Origin: Malacoraja senta
Taxonomy: Eukaryota
Direction: 5' to 3'
Assembly: GCA_038087875.1 (NCBI GenBank)
Contig: CM075998.1
Coordinates: 930,001-994,000 of the forward strand
Length of the DNA: 64,000 nt
This document shows positions 12,581 to 22,350 of this stretch, in pieces. A model generated the notes under the pieces. The model was not told the DNA's origin and made no database searches. It saw nothing but the letters and a program-made list of their open reading frames with translations. Position 1 is the stretch's first letter; each line of letters begins with the position of its first letter. Both the position numbers and the translations under genes were made by a program.

Positions 12581-13685
12581 CATAGAAACATAGACAATAG
12601 GTGCAGGAGTAGGCCATTCGGCCCTTCGAGCCTGCACCGCCATTCAATGTGATCATGGCTGATCATCCAACTCAGTATCCTGTACCTGCCTTCTCTCCAT
12701 ACCCCCTGATCCCTTTAGCCACAAGGGCCACATCTAACTCCCTCTTAAATATAGCCAATGAACTGGCCTCAACTACCTTCTGTGGCAGAGAGTTCCAGAG
12801 ATTCACCACTCTCTGTGTGAAAAATGTTCTCATCTCAGTCCTAAAAGACTTCCCTCTTATCCTTAAACTGTGACCCCCTTGTTCTGGACTTCCCCAACAT
12901 CGGGAACAATCTTCCTGCATCTAGCCTATCCAACCCCTTAAGAATTCTGTACGTTTCTATAAGATCCCCCCTCAATCTTCTAAATTCCAGCGAGTACAAG
13001 CCGGGTCTATCCATTCTTCATATGAAAGTCCTGACATCCCAGAAATCAGTCTGGTGAACCTTCTCTGCACTCCCTCTATGGCAAGAATGCCTTTCCTCAG
13101 ATTAGGAGACCAAAACTGTACACAATACTCCAGGTGTGGCCTCACCACGACCCTGTACAACTGCAGTAGAATCTCCCTGCTCCTATACTCACATCCTTTT
13201 GCTATGAATGTTAACATACCATTCGCTTTCTTCACTGCTTGCTGCACCTGCATGCCTACTTTCAATGACTGGTGTACCATGACACCCAGGTCTCGTTGCA
13301 TCTCCCCTTTTCCTAATCTTCCACCATTCAGATAATAGTCTTTCCTGTTTTTGCCACCAAAATGGATAACCTCACATTTATCCACATTATACTGCATCTG
13401 CCATGCATTTGCCCACTCACCCAACCTATCCAAGTCACCTTGCAGCCTCCTAGCATCCTCCTCACAGCTAACACTGCCCCCCAGCTTCGTGTCATCCGCA
13501 AACTTGGAGATGTTGCATTCAATTCCCTCGTCCAGATCATTAATATATATTGTAAATAGCTGGGGTCCCAGCACTGAGCCTTGCGGTACCCCACTAGTCA
13601 CTACCTGCCATTCTGAAAAGGACCCGTTTACTCCTACTCTTTGCTTCCTGTCTGCCAGCCAGTTCTCTATCCACATCAATACTGA
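12581..13685 (-). mobile_element. 5'-truncated CR1 LINE (RT C-terminal half and 3' tail)
   Basis: SGVPQGSVLGP, YINDLD, SKFADDTKL and HLEYCVQFWSP in ORF 12972..13880. Tail catagaaacataga at 12581. Confidence 0.95.
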
Positions 13686-15465
13686 AAGATTGTAATTCCC
13701 TTGTGTGTAGATGAAAGGCAGAAACTTGGGAGGGGTGGGTTGGTGAGAGAGGTGACAAGGTGAGAGAGTGTTGATGGGAACATGCAGAGAATAGGTTACA
13801 GGGACAATCAGTGGGGGAACAGGGAACAGGGAGACTAGACTTAATATGCCAAAATAGCCTCCTTCTCTGTCTTCATACATTTTTTTATGCTGTATGAATA
13901 TGTGTCCAGCAGTTACTGATTCTGCTTGTTCCTTTCCGAATATGTGTCTCCATGAGGACTCTCATTGTGACCAGGAATAGCTGGATAAAGTCACCATTTT
14001 TCTTCTGTAGAGGAAGCATACGGTAGTTTTCTCTGTGATCATGTCGAAAATTAGTAATGAGAAGGAAAAGTTTGATTGAGTTTGAACTCGTCAGCCAGAA
14101 TTTTCCTCCCCTTATCCATCGGGAACGTTGCTCTTCGTCCTCCCCCTGTCTCCTGTGTGCACATAATAATGCTTCTGACTCTAAGGCTCTTTGGCATAAC
14201 CTTGTGGTGCTTCAGGAAATTGGTTGGGTTGAGGTGAATCCAGTGGGGTGAACAGAGCATATTCTGCTATCTCTGTGCAAAAGAGAAAACATTGGTATGT
14301 AGTTTCTTAACTGAGAAGGAAAACACCCAAGTTCAGGCCATCCCTGCGTAAACAACGGGTTTTGTTTTTATATGTGTCCATCAATTGATTTTGTCCATGT
14401 TGGAAATTACACAATAATCACTTGATATAGCAACCATGCCTCCACAGAAATGTAATAAATGGCATCAAAAGGACATAAGATTGATAAGAAAGAACAATTA
14501 CTGGAAGTGGAGAGAGCGGAAACTACTTCTGCCGTTCGTAGGAACGAACGTATGCACACACGTCAGATGTTTGAATGTATTAATATTATGGGCGCTCATT
14601 AATATATAGGGGTGTCCATAAATTGGGCATTTGTAATCCAGGGATGGTCTGAAATGAAAGGAAATGTTAAATGCTGGAACTAATTGTGTTGGCCTTAAAT
14701 TTCAAACTTGGCTGGTTAGCCTATCTTGAGCTCTTTAACTTCTAGGTCTACAAGATTCCTTTTAAATTTTAGCAAATAGAACACATCCTATCTCCATTGG
14801 TGATCCCAAAAATGTTCATTACTTGGATATTTTTTTGTGTATAAAATATTTGTCAAGAAGGGTAATGTAAATTTTTATAAAGCTGTTGTGTAATAGTGAC
14901 AGTGGGCTGGCATCTATAAAGTACATATGCTGCTGTAGAGGTGGCTGATGCTGGAGTACTGCGGTACATTAGAAGAATACTTGTAACTGCATAGTATATT
15001 TTGGGAGAGATTAGGATCAATTAAATCATGCTGGGATTATGTTAAATCCACTTGATTCTTGGATTATGCATTTTATTAGATGTGCCTAGTTGTAACACAG
15101 AAAATTAAAGATGTGAACATATTTATGAAGATGTGATTCTGTATTTGTAGATGTTTATGTTATTAACGATAATTCTGATTCCTCTATTTTTGGCCTTGGT
15201 ATTCAGGAAAAGGAAAGGACACATCTCAAAACAAAGACAAAATTTCCTGAAGGTAGATAGATTTATCAATACATTTGTCACCATCAAAAGAAGGCAAAGA
15301 CATATATAACATATAGCATATAACCATAACAGCACGGAAACAGGCCATCTCGGCCCTTCAAGTCCGTGCCGAACATTTTTTAAATTATTATTATTTTTTT
15401 TTTTAATTAAAAATAAATACTTCCCCCTAGTCCCATCTACCTGCACTCAGACCATAACCCTCCAT

Positions 15466-18372
15466 TCATTTCCCGTCCATATACCCATCCAATCTATTTT
15501 TAAAGGATAAAATCGAACATGTCTCCACCACTTCCACTGGAAGCTCATTCCACACAGCTACCACTCTCTGAGTAAAGAAGTTCCCCGTAATGTTACCCCT
15601 AAACTTCTGTCCCTTAATTCTCAAGTCATGTCCCCTTGTTTGAATCTTCCCTACTCTCAATGGAAAAAGCTTATCCACGTCCACCCTGTCTAACCCGCTC
15701 ACAATTTTAAAGACCTCTATCACGTCCCCTCTTAACCTTCTGCGCTCCAAAGAATAAAGACCTAACTTGTTCAACCTTTCTCTGTAACTTGGTTGCTGAA
15801 ACCCAGGCAACATTCTAGTAAATCTCCTCTGTACTCTCTCTATTTTGTTGACATCCTTCCTATAATTAGGCGACCAAAATTGTACTCCATACTCCAGAAT
15901 TGGCCTCACCAATGCCTTGTACAATTTTAACATTACATCCCAACTTCTATATTCAATGCTCTGATTTATAAAGGCCAGCACACCAAAAGCTTTCTTTACC
16001 ACCCTATCTACATGAGATTCCACCTTCAGGGAACTATGCACAGTTATTCCTAGATCCCTCTGTTCAACTGCATTCCTCAATTCGCTACCATTTACCGTGT
16101 ACGTCCTATTTTGATTTGTCCTGCCGAGATGTAGCACCTCACATTTGTCAGCATTAAACTCCATCTGCCATCTTTCAGCCCACTCTTCCAAATGGCCTAA
16201 ATCTCTCTGTAGACTTTGAAAATCTACTTCATTATCCACAACACCACCTATCATAGTATCATCTGCATACTTACTAATCCAATTTTCCACACCATCATCC
16301 AGATCATTGATGTACATGACAAACAACAGTGGACCCAACACAGACCCCTGAGGCACCCCACTAGTCACCGGCCTCCAACCTGACAAACAGCCATCCACCA
16401 TTACTCTCTGGCATCTCCCATTCAGCCACTGTTGAATCCATCTTGCTACTCCACCATTAATACCCAACAATTGAATCTTCTTAACCAACCTTCCATGAGG
16501 AACCTTGTCAAAGGCCTTACTGAAGTCCATATAGACAACATCCACTGCTTTACCCTCATCAATTTCCCTAGTAACCTCTTCGAAAAATTCAAGAAGATTA
16601 GTCAAGCATGACCTTCCAGGCACAAATCCATGTTGACTGTTCCTAATCAGACCCTGCTTATCCAGATGCTTATATATATTATCTTTAAGTATCCTTTCCA
16701 TTAATTTGCCCACCACTGACGTCAAACTAACAGGTCTATAATTGCTAGGTTTACTCTTCGAACCCTTTTTAAACAACGGAACAACATGCGCAGTACGCCA
16801 ATCCTCCGGCACTATTCCCGTTTCTAATGACATTTGAAATATTTCTGTCATAGCCCCTGCTATTTCTACACTAACTTCCCTCAATGTCCTAGGGAATATC
16901 CTGTCAGGACCTGGAGACTTATCCGTTTTCATATTTTTCAAAAGTGTCCGCACCTCCTCTTCTTTGAATCTCACAGTTTCCATTGCTACTCTGCTTATTT
17001 CCCTTACCTCACATAATTCCATATCCTTCTCCTTCGTGAATACCGAAGAAAAGAAATTGTTCAATATCTCCCCCATCTCTTTTGGCTCTGCAGATAGCTG
17101 TCCACTCTGACTCTCTAAAGGACCAATTTTATTCCTTGTTATCCTTTTGCTATTAATATAGCTGTAGAAACCCTTTGGATTTACTTTCACCTTACTTGCC
17201 AAAGCAACCTCATATCTTCTTTTAGCTTTTCTAATTTCTTTCTTAATATTCTTTTTACATTCTTTATACTCCTCAAGCACCTCATTTACTCCATGCTGCC
17301 TATAATTATTGTAGATCTCTCTCTTTTTCCGAACCAAGTGTCCAATTTCCCTTGAAAACCATGGCTCTTTCCATTTTTTACTATTTCCTTTCAACCGAAC
17401 AGGGACATAAAGATTCTGTACTCTTAGAATTTCACCCTTAAATGTCCTCCATTTTTCTTCTACATCCTTCCCATAAAACAACATGTCCCAATTCACTCCT
17501 TTTAAATCCTTTCGCATCTCCTCAAAGTTAGCCTTTCTCCAAACAAAAATCTCAACCCTAGGTCCAGTTCTGACCCTCTCCATAATTATATTGAAACTAA
17601 TGGTATTGTGATCACTGGACCCGAAGTGCTCCCCGACGCATACCTCCGCCACCTGCCCTGTCTCATTTCCTAACAGGAGGTCCAGCACTGCCCCTTCTCT
17701 AGTAGGTACCTCTATGTATTGCTGCAAAAAACTATCTTGCACACATTTTACAAACTCCAAACCATCCAGCCCTTTTACAGAATGTGTTTCCCAGTCTATG
17801 TGTGGAAAATTGAAATCTCCCACAATCACTACCTTTTGCTTACTACTAATATCTGCTATCTCCTTACATATTTGCTCTTCCAATTCTCGCTCCCCATTTG
17901 GCGGTCTATAATACACCCCTATAAGTGTTGCTACACCTTTCCCATTTCTCAGTTCCACCCAAATAGCCTCCCTAGACGAGCCCTCTAATCTATCCTGCCA
18001 AAGCACTGCTGTAATATCTTCCTTGACAAGCAATGCACCACCCCCACCTCTTGCCCCTCCAATTCTATCACCCCTGAAGCAACGAAATCCTGGAATATTT
18101 ATTTGCCAATCACAGCCCTCCTGCAACCATGTTTCACTGATCGCCACAACATCATACTTCCAGGTGTCAATCCAGGCTCTAAGCTCATCCACCTTTCTGA
18201 CAATGCTCCTAGCATTAAAATATACACATTTAAGAAACCCACCACCACTTATTCTCTGTTTATTATCTTTTTCCTCTTTCTCCCCTACATTTTGGGTCCG
18301 GGTGCTTCCCTTCTCTGCCTCCTGCCTCCCACATTTTCCACTAGCTTTCTCTATTTGAGTCCCTCCCCCCAA
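15466..18372 (-). CDS. CR1 ORF2: APE endonuclease + reverse transcriptase, 968 aa uninterrupted
   Basis: EN motifs NARS, ISETWL, YRPP, GDFN, SDH. RT motifs KSPGPD, NYRPVSL, DFSKAFDKV, PQGSVLGP, YADD. The ORF begins at TTG, with no ATG at its start. Confidence 0.93.
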   Translation of the reverse strand: MGGGTQIEKASGKCGRQEAEKGSTRTQNVGEKEEKDNKQRISGGGFLKCVYFNARSIVRKVDELRAWIDTWKYDVVAISETWLQEGCDWQINIPGFRCFRGDRIGGARGGGGALLVKEDITAVLWQDRLEGSSREAIWVELRNGKGVATLIGVYYRPPNGERELEEQICKEIADISSKQKVVIVGDFNFPHIDWETHSVKGLDGLEFVKCVQDSFLQQYIEVPTREGAVLDLLLGNETGQVAEVCVGEHFGSSDHNTISFNIIMERVRTGPRVEIFVWRKANFEEMRKDLKGVNWDMLFYGKDVEEKWRTFKGEILRVQNLYVPVRLKGNSKKWKEPWFSREIGHLVRKKREIYNNYRQHGVNEVLEEYKECKKNIKKEIRKAKRRYEVALASKVKVNPKGFYSYINSKRITRNKIGPLESQSGQLSAEPKEMGEILNNFFSSVFTKEKDMELCEVREISRVAMETVRFKEEEVRTLLKNMKTDKSPGPDRIFPRTLREVSVEIAGAMTEIFQMSLETGIVPEDWRTAHVVPLFKKGSKSKPSNYRPVSLTSVVGKLMERILKDNIYKHLDKQGLIRNSQHGFVPGRSCLTNLLEFFEEVTREIDEGKAVDVVYMDFSKAFDKVPHGRLVKKIQLLGINGGVARWIQQWLNGRCQRVMVDGCLSGWRPVTSGVPQGSVLGPLLFVMYINDLDDGVENWISKYADDTMIGGVVDNEVDFQSLQRDLGHLEEWAERWQMEFNADKCEVLHLGRTNQNRTYTVNGSELRNAVEQRDLGITVHSSLKVESHVDRVVKKAFGVLAFINQSIEYRSWDVMLKLYKALVRPILEYGVQFWSPNYRKDVNKIERVQRRFTRMLPGFQQPSYRERLNKLGLYSLERRRLRGDVIEVFKIVSGLDRVDVDKLFPLRVGKIQTRGHDLRIKGQKFRGNITGNFFTQRVVAVWNELPVEVVETCSILSFKNRLDGYMDGK

Positions 18373-18382
18373 CTGTTCTAGT

Positions 18383-18957
18383 TTAAAGTCTCCCCAGTAG
18401 CCTTTGCAAATCTCCCCGCCAGGATATTGGTCCCCTCGGGTTCAAGTGCAACCCGTCCTTTCTGTACAGGTCACACCTTCCCCAAAAGAGGTCCCAATGA
18501 TCCAGAAATTTGAATCCCTGCCCGCTGCACCAGTTCCTCAGCCACGCATTTATCCTCCACCTCACTCCATTCCTACTCTCACCGTCGCGTGGCACAGGTA
18601 GTAATCCTGAGATTGTTACCTTTGTAGTCCTTCTCCTTAACTCTCCTCCCAACTCCCTAAATTCTCCTTTCAAGACCTCTTCTCTTTTTCTACCTATGTC
18701 ATTGGTACCTATATGTACCACAACCTCAGGCTCCTCTCCCTCCGATTTCAGGATATCTTGGACGCGTTCAGACACATCCCTGACCCTGGCACCAGGGAGG
18801 CAAACTACCATCCGGGTCTCCTGACTGCATCCACAGAATCGCCTATCCGACCCCCTAACCATAGAGTCCCCTATTACTATTGCCCTCCTCTTCTTTTCCC
18901 TACCCTTCTGAGCAATAGGGCTGGTCTCTGTGCCGGAGGCCCGGCCGCTGTTGCTAC
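18383..18957 (-). CDS. CR1 ORF1 C-terminal SGNH/GDSL esterase domain (5' truncated, apparent 1-nt frameshift near the end)
   Basis: IGDSMVRG, CLPGARV, HIGTNDIG, DGLHLN. One G is missing in a G-run near 18432 relative to the frame that would read TNILAGRFAK. Confidence 0.8.
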
Positions 18958-21336
18958 CCATCTTTCTATTTTGTTCTTTGGAAAAAGGACAGACAAACTT
19001 AATATTTCCAATACATAGAGCCCATGAGTTTCTGGTCTGTGGGATTATTGGACAAAAATGAAGCATTATAAATGTTACAAGGTAAGTCATCTAAGGCAAT
19101 TATAGTGCAGCACCAGGAGGTGCAATTACTTGTGATTTAGGAACAGGTCGCATATTGGTCCTTTTCTTCTTGGAATGATAACTGTTTGAGATTTGAGGAG
19201 GTTGATCAAAAATCTCAAATGAGTTGATTTTAAATGATACGTTTACATTCCAATTATATATTGGATCATGATCTATTATTGCCTGGGGCTGCCCGCTTTA
19301 ATTAAAAAGCTGCACTGTTGGCTGACAGAGAGGAGATGTCTAGACAATTCTTTTATCATTGAAGCTTAGTGGCTGCACTGCTGTATATGACTCGGATTAA
19401 AAAAAACACAAAACCTTCCTCCTTTCTTTCTAAAAAAATGTTTTGTTTTATGTATCCTGATGAACTCGGCAGGTCGAGCAGCATCTGTGGAGGCAAAGGG
19501 ATGGGAGGTCAAATTGTGCTCCCTTCTTTGTGAGTTTCTGCAATTTGTCTTCCCAGCTCTTTATAAAAATAAACATTTTCAAAATAAAGTGTCTTTGTTT
19601 CACAGTACTGAGTCATAAACCTTTCCCATCACCTCAGATGATACATTTAAAAAGTTTACCAAATACATGAAGAGAAAAAATATTAGATGGATACATTACT
19701 CTGTTCAGCACCAAACTTGGGATGGTTCTACACATATTTATCTTTCATTTGGTTGCTGGATGCTGATGCGTTTTACTAGTGCCAGTGTATGTGGTGCAGG
19801 ACAAACCATACTGGAGAGTGTGGTTTCCATGAGAACACTGGTGTTTTCTGTTGCTTAGTTCCAGAGGCTATGGGGAATGGTTTGCTGAAATAGCTCAGAG
19901 CCAGTTAGTGACAGTAGTCCCATGATTTATCTGATGGTAAGACAAAATGCTGGAGTAACTCAGCAGGTCAAGCAGCATCTCTGGAGAACATGGTGTTTTG
20001 TTTTGGAACCCTTCTTCAGACTGATAGTGCTTGGGCTCAGTGGAGGATTACAATTGTTTTTTTACCTTGTTTGTGTTTTAATGATGAAAAAATGTAGTCC
20101 ATGATAAACTACCATGCCTCATGTCTTAAATACTTTGTTGTGTAAAGTGATGAAGAGATTGAAGTTTGACAAACGGTTTAATTAAGGATGCTGTAAAATA
20201 ACAAAAGTGAAAAATAATAATTTGGAAAAGAAAACACAGTTAATGAAGAAGACAATGTTCACAACAATTTATTTTACAGATTTTCAGACAAATTCCCCTC
20301 CTAATGAGCCGTGAGCTTTCTGAAGTTGCTCACGTGCCTGTTTGTCAAGTAGGAACTTCAACAGTGATTTCATAAAAAGCTTTGCATTGATATTGCGCCT
20401 TGTCACACTTCTCCCAGAATGCCACAGAGCCGCAGTGAGTGACACCAAACTTCAACCCTAACTCAGGTTGCTGAGATTAATTGCAGCGTGGCTGATGATG
20501 TCTTGGTTGGTTGATTCCATGCAGACCAAGAATTGTTCAAAGACTATTTGGTGTGTCGGAGTTCTGCTGCATTGTCAACTGAGCTGTGGGGGAAATCTAT
20601 AAAGTAGAAAACTATGCATTTCAATAGCGCCATATCACATCGCCCTTAAAATGTTTTGCATATGTTGATGTACGTATTAAAGGTATGAAGGTAAATGCAG
20701 TTGCCATTTTTGCGCATAAATAGCATCCCATAAATGATAAATGATCAGTTAATGTATTTCGATAGTGTTGGTTCAGGACACCAGAATTACCCAAAAAACC
20801 TCTTTTGACATTTTTACTAATTCATGAGAATGTCAATGTCCTCCTCATCAGGCAGATTAGGTTAATCTGTTTAACGAGTCAACCACCATACTTTACCAGG
20901 GTCTGCTGAGATTGAGAGTTCAGATACTGGCTGGTACTGAAACCAAAACCTTCAAACATCTTGGTGAGAAAACGACCAACACCTGTAATAATCATGAGTT
21001 ATTGTGAATATAATTTTCTTTCTAAAATAAACTAATCTTCTTTGGTTTCCTCTTCTGATTTCTACCTTATGTCCTCTTGTTCAAAAATGTTTTAAAAAGA
21101 CCATGATAAATATTTTGAGGAGTCACATTTTCACCAAAAGAACTTGGATGTTCCTGTTGGGTGAACCCTCAAATTATGCTGTGTTTCACTTTTAATATAA
21201 TTAAAATCATCATATAATACTTTCTAGTGGACAGATGCCTTTAGAATTTCACGAGACATTGAACAGGAATCGGGAGAAGAAAAAGCCCTGTTTAATTAAT
21301 TCTCGGTGAAGAACTTTCTCCATTTGATGAACGAAA

Positions 21337-22350
21337 TCATGAAATCACCACAATGTGTCTGGTGTCTGAAGAAATGGACACATCGTCATCTTCCTTGGCA
21401 TATTTCTTGGGCAAAAACTTCACAATGTTGGTTGCAAAATGATACCTGAAATCTTTGTGCATAAAGTTGAAGAGGATGGGATTTAAAATGCAGTGGGTAC
21501 AGGTGAGGCACACAGTGAAGTCATAAAAAAAATAAAGTGCATACAGAATGAAACAGTTTTGTTCAGAATCGATCAGCTCAGCGAGTATGAGGAAGTAATA
21601 AGGGGACCAACAGATTAAGAATGTTATGATGTAAGCATATATTAATTTACAGGTCCTTATGATTTCTTTGTTACCGGAGGCTTTAGCAGCTTTTGCAGTG
21701 ACGATGTTGCTCACAATGATAATGGGAAAGGGGATAATAAGCCCAAAAATTAGGGTTAAAGAACCGTGAACATACCAAGACCTCAGGCTATCCAAGAAGC
21801 AGTAGTTATAGTCATATCCATACATTTGGTGAAATAAATAGTTTGGTATGGACAATACCACAGCCAGAGTCCACACGGACACACAAATCAGCCTACGGAT
21901 GCGTCGATCCCTGGATCCTTGAGCCTGGGCTGGGTACCGCAGTGAGTAGTATCTGTCCACACTTGAGCTGAGCAAGAAAAATGCGCTGCTGTACAGATTA
22001 AGGCTATACAGGAAGCCATCGAGTTTGCACAAAAAGGAGCCCCAGACCCAACGGTAATCTAAGGAGATTTCTGCCATCCTGAATGGTATTATTAACACAG
22101 CGCTCATGTCACTGATGGCTAAATTAAAAATATATAAGTTGCTTTCTTTCTTGGCCTTTTTCATCTGCCAGTTTATCCAAAGAACAAGAATGTTCTCCAC
22201 CAGACCCACTACAAAGATTAGCAGGTATAAACAAAGCGTTATATACATAATTGCTTCTCCATCCATGTGGGGAAGACATTCGCATTCGGGAGCGCTGCAA
22301 TCTTTAGTGGTGTTGCTGCTGCTAGGGCTGGTCACAGTTGAGTCCTCCAT
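21337..22350 (-). CDS. GPR182: GPR182 (ACKR5)-like class A GPCR, paralog B, 337 aa, single coding exon
   Basis: GLVENILV, SVDRY, CWSPY and HCILNPIL match GPR182-type motifs. About 89% identical to paralog A, with the same acceptor/ATG arrangement. Confidence 0.87.
   Translation of the reverse strand: MEDSTVTSPSSSNTTKDCSAPECECLPHMDGEAIMYITLCLYLLIFVVGLVENILVLWINWQMKKAKKESNLYIFNLAISDMSAVLIIPFRMAEISLDYRWVWGSFLCKLDGFLYSLNLYSSAFFLLSSSVDRYYSLRYPAQAQGSRDRRIRRLICVSVWTLAVVLSIPNYLFHQMYGYDYNYCFLDSLRSWYVHGSLTLIFGLIIPFPIIIVSNIVTAKAAKASGNKEIIRTCKLIYAYIITFLICWSPYYFLILAELIDSEQNCFILYALYFFYDFTVCLTCTHCILNPILFNFMHKDFRYHFATNIVKFLPKKYAKEDDDVSISSDTRHIVVIS

Larger units (their letters stand above)
15301..18957 (-). 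mobile_element. Young CR1 LINE (5'-truncated) with ORF1 esterase fragment and intact ORF2
   Basis: Empty site is present in the paralog at ~40490-40497. Carries ORF2 (968 aa) and an ORF1 fragment with GDSMVR/GTND/DGLH motifs. Confidence 0.95.
4195..19212 (+). repeat. Tandem segmental duplication, copy 1 (rearranged)
   Basis: 4195-12580 aligns to 19208-27186. 13690-15300 and 18958-19212 align to 38114-40748. Junction sequence gttgatc-AAAAA-tctcaaatgag at 19201-19223. Confidence 0.95.
12058..19212 (+). pseudogene. Disrupted 5' duplicate of the coiled-coil orphan gene (promoter and non-coding exons kept, all coding exons of the unit lost)
   Basis: The CpG promoter and donors (gtaagt at 12442 and 12559) are identical to those at 26.7-27.2 kb. 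The segment equivalent to 27187-38113 is replaced by CR1, and the segment equivalent to 39430-40052 (the exon 39436-39499) is deleted. Confidence 0.7.

Noticed and set aside
18958-19090. N-terminal 45 aa of the 235-aa ORF 18383..19090
   Set aside because: Lies in flanking host DNA outside the CR1 insertion (present at ~40500-40630 without the element), so the fusion is fortuitous.
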